64,000 nucleotides of DNA from a virus (IMGVR_UViG_3300004457_000028:1-64000); one strand, 5' to 3'. Positions 20,171-29,659 are shown, counted from the first letter of the stretch. The notes: a model not told the origin generated them from the sequence alone. Program-made: numbers and translations.

Positions 20171-22585
20171 TCAAAAATATGACTTGGGTATAGTGTCACC
20201 AGCAGCGACATCAAGCCCCCAGTCAAGGCTCTCGTATATTCGCAGTAGTTTAGATTTAACCATCACACTGAGAACTTTCTCCCAGTCTATGGAGTAGTTC
20301 TCCAATTCTGCTTTATCACGGAAAGCAACGAAGTCTACCTTCTTGCGCTCTCCGTTGAGAGTATAATAGTCAGGGGTGTCTCCAACGAAACCGTTCACAT
20401 AAGTCCACGGCACGCTATCACCTTGCCCCCATCTTTCGTCTTTGGTTTTAGCCACATGTTCATTGTAATACATGGCGGCTTTCGCTGGTGCTGGTAGTGA
20501 TTTGTAATCCTTGAAGTTCATAGTGAGTCTTGAAGAGCAAGCCACATCTTCAATTGGTATGTCTCCATTCTTAACAGAGATGCTCACTTCTCTGAGGACA
20601 TCTGTTACGGTTGTCTCATCAGCACCCACGGCAATTAGTTGCATAGCCATGTCTTGAATCTGTTTGGTTAGGCGTGAGGAACTTGATGACTTAATCGCAT
20701 ACCCAGCAATCTTCATCTCACCCTTGCTTTTCTCAGGCCATACCTTGATACCAAAGTATCGGTTCTTTACAGGAGCAGTAGTCCAGTAGTCAAAGTATGC
20801 CTCAAGTTCAACCTCCATCGTTTTGAGTTGAAGTTTTTCTTGAGCAGTCTTGGTCAAGTGCTCGGCCAACAATTCTGCTTTATCAAAGGGAACTTGGATG
20901 AAGGCTGAATCTGTGTGACCATAGAGTGATTTGTAACCAGCCTCTTCACTTTCAGCCAGTAGATGGTGAATACACTCACGGCCTCTGTGTGTAATAGCAG
21001 CAGCGATGTCGTTGTCTACCCACATACCCTGAAGGAACTTCATTCCAGTCATCCCATAGAGAGCATTGACGAGGACTTTGACTGCCGTTTGCATCATGTC
21101 ATACCCCAGTTTCTCATCAGGGTCTGTGGCTTCACGCATAAGTTTCTTGTATTCAGCACGAAGGGCAAGCATCTCTTCTACAACAGAAGGGAGTAAACCC
21201 TTCTCCTTTTGACACCAGTGTGAGCCGTCTCCCAATGTCTTGATACCTTCACCCGGCCCACTACGCTTAGTCTCGTAGGACAGGTTATCGGAGAGAATGA
21301 TGTTGGGGTATAGAGAAGCGTAGTCTACAATGGCTACACCCTCATGTCTACCGGGAATAGGGTTGGGTATGTGTGCAGCAGTCAATGCTTCACGCTGAAC
21401 ATTCATGGCGCTCTTAGCCTTCTTGTCAGTCCTTCTACCGATAAGTCCTCTGAAGTATCGGGTGACCTTGTGTGTGCTCCCAAAGGAAACACCACATAGT
21501 TGCTGAGTAGCAACGAAGAAGTCAATGGCGTGAAGTTTCTTGTCAATGTCACGGAGTAGTGTGGTGTCAAGGAGACAGTAATCTACGAAGTCATCCCAGT
21601 GTTCACGCCATCCGTTGTGAACAGTCATGCCCTCAATCTCCTCAGTGAGTTTACTACCGAGTCCAAGTGACTCTGCTATAGTATTCAACTTGCGGTTAGG
21701 TAGTTGTCCACGACCTGATTTTTGCCAAATGGATTCAAACCCGCTACCCGTTTTCCACCCAGCGGCTGAGTCAAAGCACAACCTACCCTTGATGGGTTGC
21801 TGCGTTTCTTTGTAACTATCCTTACCCTTGAATGGTCTAATCACTTGACCGAGTGGTGAGAGTTGGTCGGGGTCGTTCAACCTACGCATCAAGTGTGGTA
21901 GGTCAGCCCACATGATAGCGTGGGCTACAAGAATATCAGGGTCACGCTCATGTAGGAAATTGATGAAACCGTCGTGCATGGCTTCTTCACTTGAGTATAG
22001 ATTCAACTTGTATGTCTCGTCACGAACATCTCTGTGAACTGCTAAATTATCATTCAAGTGAGCATCATCATAAGGACAATTGGTTCGCTCATCAGCCCAA
22101 GCAAATACAACAGGAGTGTCAAGGTCGCTATCCACTACGGCCATGACTGATGTGAAGTCATCCTTAGTGTCCCACTCTAAATCAAAATACCACACACGAG
22201 GTTTGAACTCAGGTAGTTTCTTTGGGTAGAGTTGCAGTAGCACTTGGTCAAGGTAATTCAAGTCTGCTTCATAAGTAGACATCTCATCCTTGATGTCCCA
22301 AAGGTCAGTAGGTCTGTCTACCTCAACCTTCATCAAAGCCTTCTTGTCAATACCAGTAGCACGAATGTCTCTGCACAACTTAGCACTGGCATGACGAGCA
22401 AACATGCGATTGATTTTCCATTCGGGAGTATCTACAGGAATCCAACAATGCGGCTTTACATACTTCTCATCATGAGGGCCGATGTGCTCTTCTTGCAGTG
22501 TCCCGTTGTTATCACGAGTGCGAAGATACAACCACGGAGCAGTGAAGTTATCTGACTCCGTTGGGTAATACCAATCTACAATCAT
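20171..22585 (-). CDS. polB: Family B DNA polymerase
   Basis: Exo motifs 'FDLEW' and 'YCLLD'; pol motif A 'DYASLYPNII', B 'KVLVNALYG', C 'YGHTDS'; 'KNRYFG'. Confidence 0.97.
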   Translation of the reverse strand: MIVDWYYPTESDNFTAPWLYLRTRDNNGTLQEEHIGPHDEKYVKPHCWIPVDTPEWKINRMFARHASAKLCRDIRATGIDKKALMKVEVDRPTDLWDIKDEMSTYEADLNYLDQVLLQLYPKKLPEFKPRVWYFDLEWDTKDDFTSVMAVVDSDLDTPVVFAWADERTNCPYDDAHLNDNLAVHRDVRDETYKLNLYSSEEAMHDGFINFLHERDPDILVAHAIMWADLPHLMRRLNDPDQLSPLGQVIRPFKGKDSYKETQQPIKGRLCFDSAAGWKTGSGFESIWQKSGRGQLPNRKLNTIAESLGLGSKLTEEIEGMTVHNGWREHWDDFVDYCLLDTTLLRDIDKKLHAIDFFVATQQLCGVSFGSTHKVTRYFRGLIGRRTDKKAKSAMNVQREALTAAHIPNPIPGRHEGVAIVDYASLYPNIILSDNLSYETKRSGPGEGIKTLGDGSHWCQKEKGLLPSVVEEMLALRAEYKKLMREATDPDEKLGYDMMQTAVKVLVNALYGMTGMKFLQGMWVDNDIAAAITHRGRECIHHLLAESEEAGYKSLYGHTDSAFIQVPFDKAELLAEHLTKTAQEKLQLKTMEVELEAYFDYWTTAPVKNRYFGIKVWPEKSKGEMKIAGYAIKSSSSSRLTKQIQDMAMQLIAVGADETTVTDVLREVSISVKNGDIPIEDVACSSRLTMNFKDYKSLPAPAKAAMYYNEHVAKTKDERWGQGDSVPWTYVNGFVGDTPDYYTLNGERKKVDFVAFRDKAELENYSIDWEKVLSVMVKSKLLRIYESLDWGLDVAAGDTIPKSYF

Positions 22586-22589
22586 ACCA

Positions 22590-23357
22590 TCACGCCCTTT
22601 GGTCTACAATAACAAGTAAGTCATCCTCTTTCTCAATGGCGAGGATAGTTGCCTCTCCCATGTGTATGGTTGCTTCACCAGCACCAAGCAGGGCGATGTT
22701 ATCCATCAGCCATGAACCGAATGTAGAGGCTACACTACCACCAGCAGGGCCAGTGGTGTCACGCAACTCAAGTGTAGTGAACAGTTTAGTCTCATGTCGC
22801 TTACCAGCCGAGATGAGAAACTCACCTTCACTGGCATGTGCAGTGACTTTGAAGATAGGACTACTGTTGAGAATACCCCTCATCTTAGATACAGTAGAGA
22901 GTTCATCAAGTGTAATCTTACCCGACACACTCAGGTCGCAGTCATGAAACTTAGTCCACTTAGATGCCACGGCAGCGTCAATCAACTTCTCAAATAATAC
23001 CGCCTTTGAGTGACTGACGATAGTAGAGGTCGTAGGGATGCTGACCTTTGAAGAACCACATGTGATGTTCAAAGTCTTGGCTGAACCAAGTTGAACTATC
23101 CTCACAGTGTCCTCTTTACCAGCCTTCAAGAACTGACGAACCTTAACGAGTTCACTGATGTCAAGTGTCCCTGCATCAACAACCTCCCCTTGCACCTGTT
23201 GCTTCTTCTTGAGATAGTGTGAAATGAATGCTACAGTTGTTTGCATCCATCCTACACCATCCTCCACTGTGAACTTGATGTGTAAGTCCTCAGCGTTCTT
23301 ACCAAAGTCGCTTAGATAGCCAAGTAGTTGTTTTCTGTTTATGTTAATTTTTGTCAT
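22590..23357 (-). CDS. Putative DNA sliding clamp (PCNA-like)
   Basis: 255 aa with a two-domain beta/alpha pattern, adjacent to polB, with RFC in the same block. Sequence is highly diverged. Confidence 0.55.
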   Translation of the reverse strand: MTKININRKQLLGYLSDFGKNAEDLHIKFTVEDGVGWMQTTVAFISHYLKKKQQVQGEVVDAGTLDISELVKVRQFLKAGKEDTVRIVQLGSAKTLNITCGSSKVSIPTTSTIVSHSKAVLFEKLIDAAVASKWTKFHDCDLSVSGKITLDELSTVSKMRGILNSSPIFKVTAHASEGEFLISAGKRHETKLFTTLELRDTTGPAGGSVASTFGSWLMDNIALLGAGEATIHMGEATILAIEKEDDLLVIVDQRA

Positions 23358-23371
23358 AGTATCACCTCAAG

Positions 23372-23462
23372 GTGGGGGAAACGGAACGAGGTGAAAGATA
23401 GAAACCCCGTTAAGAACAGTGCAAGCACTGAGCGAGAAAGTCTTCCGTTTTTTATCCCCCTA
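23372..23462 (-). ncRNA. Structured intergenic/leader RNA ahead of the clamp-like gene
   Basis: Minus strand: GGGGGA..AACGGAA pairs with UUCCGUUUCCCCC; inner hairpins CAGUG/CACUG and AACGGGGU/ACCUCGUU (G.U pair); ends just before the GAGGUGA SD. Confidence 0.4.
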
Positions 23463-23477
23463 AACCCCCATGTTGAA

Positions 23478-24479
23478 TCAAAGTGTTCCGTCGTAGAGTT
23501 CAGGTAGACCATACCACTGTGGCTCTTTACCTGTCTCTGTAACGAGAGTAGTCCTCTTCTGTCCTTGTAATCGTGCATTGGTTTTGCTCTTGTCAAACCG
23601 AACAGTGTATTCGGACTTGACTACTTCACCAGTGGCATCATCAAGTGTATCGTTGCGTTCACAGATTAGGATTTGATAGACGAAGTTGTTGCTCGCCTTC
23701 TCCCAGTCGGGCCTCCAAGTAGATGACCCTTCTTCGTTCTTACCCCAAGAGTAGTTGGTTAGTCGTAGGTGAGTCTCCCAAAAGACACGGACACCAGCCT
23801 TGACAAGTCCACGACACAACCCAGTGAGTTGGTGAAAACGAGTCTTACGGATAGCCCAGTCCCATTGGTGACCGACCTTCTTGTTCCAGTCAGCAGCCTC
23901 AATACCATCTTTAGCGATGTTCAAGTCTACAATACGCATACAGTTGATACACACACTGTCCCACAAATCAACACCAGTCACATGGAATCCCCATAGACGA
24001 GGCCCATTGTAGTCAGGGTCACGCTGTTTCTTAGCGATGTCATTAGCGAACTGTGCTATACCCATAACACGAAGATGAGTGTCGGGATAATTGTAAGCAG
24101 TGCTATCACCCTTCATCATAACCCATGGCTCAAAACATTTAATGTTGTCATTGTCACGATGGAATGCTGACTTGTTAGCAGCGCCTCCGCCTTCAAAGTC
24201 CATAATCCACAACTGCATTTCTTTCTCCTGTTCAGTTCGCTCAGGCATAGCCAACCACTTGGAAAAGGCATCAGTTACGATAGCCGTCTTACCAGTGTTG
24301 TCATGCCCTGCTATACCCATGAACAAGTGAGTCTGTGGAGCATTGTCCATCAAATCAAGTTCCTTCTGTAGAGCAGCGAAGGGGTCAGCGTCGTTACGCT
24401 GAACTGCTGGAGTTTCCTCCAGCACCTTCACTGCCTTTTCTTCTGCTTGTGCTTCTTTTGTTTTTCCGAATCCCGCCAT
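23478..24479 (-). CDS. RecA-superfamily/AAA_24 (Sak4-like) ATPase
   Basis: Walker A 'GHDNTGKT', 'IMDFEGG', 'VFWETH'; sits next to an SSB-like gene. Confidence 0.65.
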   Translation of the reverse strand: MAGFGKTKEAQAEEKAVKVLEETPAVQRNDADPFAALQKELDLMDNAPQTHLFMGIAGHDNTGKTAIVTDAFSKWLAMPERTEQEKEMQLWIMDFEGGGAANKSAFHRDNDNIKCFEPWVMMKGDSTAYNYPDTHLRVMGIAQFANDIAKKQRDPDYNGPRLWGFHVTGVDLWDSVCINCMRIVDLNIAKDGIEAADWNKKVGHQWDWAIRKTRFHQLTGLCRGLVKAGVRVFWETHLRLTNYSWGKNEEGSSTWRPDWEKASNNFVYQILICERNDTLDDATGEVVKSEYTVRFDKSKTNARLQGQKRTTLVTETGKEPQWYGLPELYDGTL

Positions 24480-24490
24480 TGTAAATCACC

Positions 24491-25828
24491 TCAGTTAAAT
24501 TGTCCCTCGCCAGTGTCGCCGCCAGTTTGTCGTCGTCGGATTCTTCGTGAGTCTGCAAAGACACCCATCACCTTGATGCTGGGTATATCTACTCCATCCT
24601 TACGCTTCACCGCAACACGACCACAGACTAATACTGTGGAGCGTTCTGCAAAGGGAATAAGTTCGTCGTCAGTTCGTGCTGAGAACGGTGTAGTCAAGTC
24701 ATGGCAAGCACTACCAATCCAGCCCATAACATCGGCTGAGTCTTTGCTACCATGCTGGCTTTGAAGAGCAGTAGATGTCAGAGTGATTGAGTAACCTCGC
24801 CCATCCTCGTCATACTGATTGTCACGAGACTCAGTAGACATACGATTGACTGTGCCTTTGGTAAGGACAATCGGGCCACTGCGCCCTTGTTCGCCATTGA
24901 TTGTGAAGGTTCGGCTACCAGCCTCAAACGCTTCAACCAAGTCTTCAAGTGCAGCGAAGTGAGAGTGCAAGTCTCCATCAGTCCAAAACTTGAACGGTCT
25001 GAGCAAACCCTTCATACCATCATTTACGAAGGCATCAGTATACTCAATCATCTTAGCCATACCCATGCTTGTAGACAAAACATCTTTCCAGTCAGCCTTG
25101 GCATTCTCGTTTGGAGGGCGAGCCATGATACGACATGGTTCACCAATGAGAACTTCAGCATCAGCATCTTCGCCTTGCATGTCAAGTCGCCATAGTTGAA
25201 TAGCACCATCGTTGGTGAACTCGTCTTCAGGAGCGCCCAAGAAGTGGTAGTTGCGACCATTCATGGTCATACCCTTTGGTCGCCCACTCTTGGCAAGCAA
25301 ACAAATGCGCTCACCATCAGCGACGAATGAATGTTCAGGAATCTCTTGCGACGATGTTTCAGTCACAGTAGTTCCGTTGTTTGAAGAAAGCGACCACAGG
25401 TTATCCTTCTTGATGAAGTGTCCAACCATACCACTGCTGATAGCAGCATTAGGGTCAAGTGTAAAGTCACGCTTAGCACGAGCAACAAGGTTACTACGGC
25501 GGTCACGACGCTTCTCATCAACACCGACAAAGCATCCGACGAATGGGATAGACCCAGCCATCACCATGCCACCGCTACCACGGTTTCTTGTTTCAATGAA
25601 CATCTGTTCAGCCCAGTCAATGAGTAGGTCTTCATCCTCATCAGCAGGGTTGTCACACTGGTGCTCCTTAGCAATCTGCTCAAGGAACTCTGCGACTACT
25701 TGTTGGAGGTCTTGCTTAGTGCGTGAGGCATATTGCCCCAGCCGTTCTAAGACTCCTTCGGGTAGCCCCGTAGTGCTCTGTTCGTCGTTCACTGGCTCAT
25801 CGTTCATATCTTCGTATTCTTCTGTCAT
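24491..25828 (-). CDS. Putative ssDNA-binding protein (RPA/OB-fold)
   Basis: Acidic, about 445 aa, with beta-rich segments ('TKGTVNRM', 'STVLVCGRV'); located between RFC and the recombinase-like ATPase. Confidence 0.45.
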   Translation of the reverse strand: MTEEYEDMNDEPVNDEQSTTGLPEGVLERLGQYASRTKQDLQQVVAEFLEQIAKEHQCDNPADEDEDLLIDWAEQMFIETRNRGSGGMVMAGSIPFVGCFVGVDEKRRDRRSNLVARAKRDFTLDPNAAISSGMVGHFIKKDNLWSLSSNNGTTVTETSSQEIPEHSFVADGERICLLAKSGRPKGMTMNGRNYHFLGAPEDEFTNDGAIQLWRLDMQGEDADAEVLIGEPCRIMARPPNENAKADWKDVLSTSMGMAKMIEYTDAFVNDGMKGLLRPFKFWTDGDLHSHFAALEDLVEAFEAGSRTFTINGEQGRSGPIVLTKGTVNRMSTESRDNQYDEDGRGYSITLTSTALQSQHGSKDSADVMGWIGSACHDLTTPFSARTDDELIPFAERSTVLVCGRVAVKRKDGVDIPSIKVMGVFADSRRIRRRQTGGDTGEGQFN

Positions 25829-26754
25829 ACAGTTACCTCCTTTCGTAGTCGTGCTATCAAGCAATCAACAAAGGAATAAGAACCGATAGGCCACTCATAC
25901 ATGTGGGGTATCATATCACCCAGCACACTCATGACTGTCCATGTGTTGTCTTCATCCATCTCAAAGAACTCGGTTAGGTTCTCATGGAATGTTCGCATGA
26001 TGAAGGTAAGTGATAGCCCTCGGTCAAGCATTGAATAGAATTGCTTTCGCATGTTACCATACTCACCGCTGATAGCAGCAAGTGCGGCCTGTGATGGGTT
26101 GCCCCCATCGGATAGTGAAGCCTCTAAGGATTCAGTGGTATGGTGCATTTCAGCGATAGCGATAGCACTACGCATGTCACCACCAGTGAACTTCATGAGT
26201 TTCATGTATGCATTGGTAAAGTCACGAGGCTCTGTTTTACTGTCACAGAAGATACTCAATAGTCTCTTAGCCCCGTCTTCAGGATTGATAGGCTTGAACT
26301 CATACACAAGACACCTGCTTTGGATAGCAGGTTTGATTTTGCTAATCTCGTTACATGTAAAGATGTAGATAACATTGTCAGCATACTCCTCCATGATGCC
26401 CCTTAGAGCATCTTGAGCAGCGGGGGTGAGGCCGTCAGCCTCGTCTACGATGATACCTCTCCTGTCAGTGCCTACAGCCTTGACAGCGCTCATCTGTTTG
26501 AGTTGATTGCGAATGTAGTCAAGCCCTCTATCATCAGAGGCATTGACAATAATGTAGTTCATGGGGTCAAAGTAGTCGCCCATCTTCTCACGGAGCATAA
26601 CCTTAGCAGCAGTAGACTTACCAGTGCCTTGCATACCGTGGAGGAGAACAGCACGAGGCCACTTACCACCATTACGCCAGCCCAGCGCATCGGAGACGAA
26701 TGCAGTTTGACCTGCTATCTCCTCCAATGTCAGTGGCTCAGTGCTGTTCTCCAT
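25825..26754 (-). CDS. rfcS: Replication factor C small subunit (clamp loader)
   Basis: 'GMQGTGKST', 'NASDDRG', 'DEADGLT..AQDALR', 'IQSRC', 'GDMR'. Confidence 0.93.
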   Translation of the reverse strand: MENSTEPLTLEEIAGQTAFVSDALGWRNGGKWPRAVLLHGMQGTGKSTAAKVMLREKMGDYFDPMNYIIVNASDDRGLDYIRNQLKQMSAVKAVGTDRRGIIVDEADGLTPAAQDALRGIMEEYADNVIYIFTCNEISKIKPAIQSRCLVYEFKPINPEDGAKRLLSIFCDSKTEPRDFTNAYMKLMKFTGGDMRSAIAIAEMHHTTESLEASLSDGGNPSQAALAAISGEYGNMRKQFYSMLDRGLSLTFIMRTFHENLTEFFEMDEDNTWTVMSVLGDMIPHMYEWPIGSYSFVDCLIARLRKEVTV

Positions 26755-26770
26755 GGTATTACCTCTATTA

Positions 26771-26787
26771 CTGCTTTATATATCAAC
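26771..26787 (-). promoter_or_regulatory. Viral promoter motif copy 2, upstream of rfcS
   Basis: Exact GTTGATATATAAAGCAG. Confidence 0.8.
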
Positions 26788-26788
26788 T

Positions 26789-27232
26789 TCAGATTGAGTC
26801 CTCTTCAAGAGACACTTGTTCGTGCTCAGCGTCGTATGCTTCAGCCCATGAGAGAAACATCTCATAGTCATTAGGCGGGGGGTTGTCATACACGAATGTC
26901 CACATGTGGTAGCCTATGCTATCAGCGAAGGCATTGAGTATAGGGTATTCTTTATTGAGGGTCTGTAGGAGAAGATGTAGTCTCTCCTGTGCTCTGTTAG
27001 ATGTGAACCCCTGCATGTCAAACTCGTGAGCAAGAAAATCACCTATGTCTAACACCTGTTGAATGTAAGGGATAACATGTAGCGATGGTTCTGTCCTCCA
27101 TGTGACTGAGCGCCTCACTCTGTAGCCCACCTTTGCTTGTGAGTCTTTACTTACATAGGTGTTGAACTTGAGTTGGCCGAGCATGTAGCCGATACCTATA
27201 CCGAATCCTGTCTTGTCATCTGTGAGCATCAT
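26789..27232 (-). CDS. Hypothetical protein, possibly a degenerate LAGLIDADG fold
   Basis: 'GIGYMLGQLKFNTYVSKDSQAKVGYRVR' resembles the LAGLIDADG helix plus beta-hairpin, but lacks the acidic catalytic residue. Confidence 0.35.
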   Translation of the reverse strand: MMLTDDKTGFGIGIGYMLGQLKFNTYVSKDSQAKVGYRVRRSVTWRTEPSLHVIPYIQQVLDIGDFLAHEFDMQGFTSNRAQERLHLLLQTLNKEYPILNAFADSIGYHMWTFVYDNPPPNDYEMFLSWAEAYDAEHEQVSLEEDSI

Positions 27233-28503
27233 ACCATTCCCCTCTCTACAAGTTCTGTGAATTGAGTGATGTCGGATATACCCAAGTCGTCTCTCCTACG
27301 AACCGCAGTGAAGTTAAGGAGTTGCCCTTTCTCACTGACTCGCACTGCTGCTACTTCTATGACAATACACTCTTCATCCATGTCAGGGTTATATCTCCAG
27401 TCGCCTATTACTTCAGTGGAGGCGACGGTGATGAACTCGTCTACACCATCAATTGCTTGTAGATATGTCGGGCCACTACCCATCGCATCCATCTCGGCTC
27501 TAAGGAATACTTTGGTTCGGTCAGCGTGCATCACATACCCACCAATTGCGTCAGGTTTGAACGAGCCATCCATCGGGATGAGTCTAACACACCTGATTGT
27601 ATCTTCTTGCAGTGCATTGATTAGGTCATCCCAATCCCTGTTGGTTGTCTTCATCGTTTGAGATTGAGTTACCATTCTTTTATCGTAAGTCCACTCAGTA
27701 AAGTTATGCTTGTTCGGGTCTACTGTATCAAGCACCACAGAGTCTATGACATTATTATTCACTACCACTACCTCTCTGTATACACCACTGTCTTTTAACC
27801 AAGAGTCGTTTACACCTGCTTTGCTTATCAGCAACCCGTTTCTGTTACGAGCCTTGTTATCATACACATGTTTGATGTCACCTTCAGGGACAATGACCGC
27901 ATAGTGATTCTCCAATGGTGGGGCGAGTGATGTGTATGCTTTCCATCGCATAGGCGCTGGTGACATACCATACTCCCACCATCTCTCCATACCGTTTACG
28001 CTGTCGGGGTTGTTGAATACCTTAGCAATCATAGTTATGTTCATGTGTGATTGTAGAATGTGAACTGGTAGTGCAAACATACGAGCAAGTGCTCCGAAGA
28101 ATGTCCTCTTAGAAATGACTGGCTTTGAATGCATAGCCCAACGCCATAGCAGTCTCGCCTCTATCTCATTGAACTGCTTTGCTACTTCACTGAACGAACT
28201 TTCTACATTGAGTAAGGCACGAACATAACCACAGTCATAATCCCTTGAACCGTAGTTAGCACTCTCTGATGCGAGGGTCATCCACGGTTGTTCTTCAGGT
28301 AGCATGTCCTTGACTACATCGTAAAACGATGCTGCTTCATTAGCGAGCATTCGGATTGGGTCAGCACCCTTCACTGTCGGGTAGAAGAATTGGTAGAGCA
28401 TGATAGCGTCATCAGCGGTTTCAAGCCTCGCTAATTGTTTGACTCTATCGCCGCCCAGTCTCAACTGCTCATGTATGTCAGCAAGTAATGCAAACTTGGT
28501 CAT
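27229..28503 (-). CDS. ATP-dependent DNA ligase homolog, apparently catalytically degenerate
   Basis: Ligase-like N-terminus ('KFALLADIHEQL', 'IEARLLWR') and C-terminal OB motif 'LNFTAVRRRDDLGISDITQFTEL'; no KxDG motif. Confidence 0.55.
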   Translation of the reverse strand: MTKFALLADIHEQLRLGGDRVKQLARLETADDAIMLYQFFYPTVKGADPIRMLANEAASFYDVVKDMLPEEQPWMTLASESANYGSRDYDCGYVRALLNVESSFSEVAKQFNEIEARLLWRWAMHSKPVISKRTFFGALARMFALPVHILQSHMNITMIAKVFNNPDSVNGMERWWEYGMSPAPMRWKAYTSLAPPLENHYAVIVPEGDIKHVYDNKARNRNGLLISKAGVNDSWLKDSGVYREVVVVNNNVIDSVVLDTVDPNKHNFTEWTYDKRMVTQSQTMKTTNRDWDDLINALQEDTIRCVRLIPMDGSFKPDAIGGYVMHADRTKVFLRAEMDAMGSGPTYLQAIDGVDEFITVASTEVIGDWRYNPDMDEECIVIEVAAVRVSEKGQLLNFTAVRRRDDLGISDITQFTELVERGMV

Positions 28504-28838
28504 AGCCACACCTCCAGCAAATCACCGAATTGTTTTTTCCATGTGTTCGGTCTTGGCTGACACCCTACACCGAATATCTTGAGTGTGAGTTCTCTCACTT
28601 TGATAGCGCTGGTTTTGATACCTACACTCTTAGCGCATAGATACATACAGTCCACCATTAGACCATGAGGGCTACGCTGATTCATCCAACGGTCATCACC
28701 TGATACCTTAACTGCTAACGCTTTAGCAGCAGCATACTGTCCACCTTTCAATCCTATAGCCAACGCTAACTCCATACCTCTATCCACACCAGCATGTGCT
28801 GCTACAGACCGAGCCAATATCTCTGCCTTCTCACTCAT
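28500..28838 (-). CDS. Single TFIIB/TFB cyclin-repeat-like protein
   Basis: 'QRSPHGLMVDCMYLCAKSVGIKTSAIKVRE' matches the TFB repeat pattern G(R/K)SPxGxAAAxxYxAxxxxGxxxTQxEV. Confidence 0.5.
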   Translation of the reverse strand: MSEKAEILARSVAAHAGVDRGMELALAIGLKGGQYAAAKALAVKVSGDDRWMNQRSPHGLMVDCMYLCAKSVGIKTSAIKVRELTLKIFGVGCQPRPNTWKKQFGDLLEVWL

Positions 28839-29079
28839 CTCCTAACACCTTCTTTCTTGTTATCTTCATGTCTCCGAGCACCCAGCGGAGTCCATAGATG
28901 ACTCCTTGTAGTCCTTTGAAATCTCTCATGTGCTGAACCTTCTGCTCTTTAGTAAGCGAGGTATTCCTCAGTGCAATCAAGTGCTTGTTCTGTTTGCGCT
29001 CAGCCTCGTTAAGCATCGTCTCAATGTCCTCCCAACTACGAGAGTAGGAGAAGTTCTCACTGTCTTGATGGTCGTTCAT
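28831..29079 (-). CDS. Hypothetical helical protein
   Basis: Overlap-coupled ORF, 82 aa. Confidence 0.6.
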   Translation of the reverse strand: MNDHQDSENFSYSRSWEDIETMLNEAERKQNKHLIALRNTSLTKEQKVQHMRDFKGLQGVIYGLRWVLGDMKITRKKVLGDE

Positions 29080-29642
29080 TCAATCACCACCTCTTGTTTG
29101 TTCTCCTTGATAGCGGAGACATCCATCATGGCTGTATCTACTGGAGTGACCTTGATGTTGATGAGAGTATCACCAGCACGAGTTGATAGCGTCATGTCCA
29201 TCAGTTTACTGATAGCCTTGTTCAACGCTGGAGAATGTTTCTCGTCTTCAATGCTCCACTCCGAATCGTCAGTAAGCATCTGAGCAATATCCTCAATCGC
29301 TTTATTGACAACTACACTGTAGTAAGCAGGGTCTGTATCTTCGGGAACGAAGTTGCGAATAGCCATACTGAGTAAGCGGCTCATCACTTTCTTTTGAGGG
29401 AACTTAGAAGGCATACGCTGCTGAACCTGAGCACATCTTCGGTAGCCTCTACCATGAGTCTTACCTTTGGTGTTCTCTGTGTCTACTTCAATCAGCACTG
29501 CTGCTCCAGTATTCATGTCCATGACATACACATGAGGGTCGGCATAGTATTCCTCAGTATCAGTGTGTCTACCCTTCTCCTCTTTGTTTAACACAGAGGC
29601 GAGTTTACCCAGTGCCTTTCCTACTCCATCAGTCCATTCCAT
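29076..29642 (-). CDS. Hypothetical protein
   Basis: Likely start MEWT at 29642 with a GGTGA SD; the ORF-track extension runs through the promoter motif. Confidence 0.6.
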   Translation of the reverse strand: MEWTDGVGKALGKLASVLNKEEKGRHTDTEEYYADPHVYVMDMNTGAAVLIEVDTENTKGKTHGRGYRRCAQVQQRMPSKFPQKKVMSRLLSMAIRNFVPEDTDPAYYSVVVNKAIEDIAQMLTDDSEWSIEDEKHSPALNKAISKLMDMTLSTRAGDTLINIKVTPVDTAMMDVSAIKENKQEVVIE

Positions 29643-29659
29643 AGTATCACCATTTATTG

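Noticed and set aside
20171-22585. Intein in PolB, the MCM-like helicase or RFC
   Set aside because: Protein lengths are normal and there are no C/S...HN-C/S/T splice motifs at the usual insertion points.
23372-23462. Hammerhead ribozyme
   Set aside because: CUGAnGA and GAAA cores are not arranged around the stems as required on either strand.
23354-23596. 80-aa - strand ORF spanning the ATPase-clamp gap
   Set aside because: Overlaps the ATPase out of frame, has no clear SD, and the gap is better explained by RNA structure.
12156-28509. Cellular archaeal chromosome origin for the window
   Set aside because: Replication genes are highly diverged, tightly packed and flanked by tail-fibre and viral hypothetical genes; there are no ribosomal or metabolic housekeeping genes.
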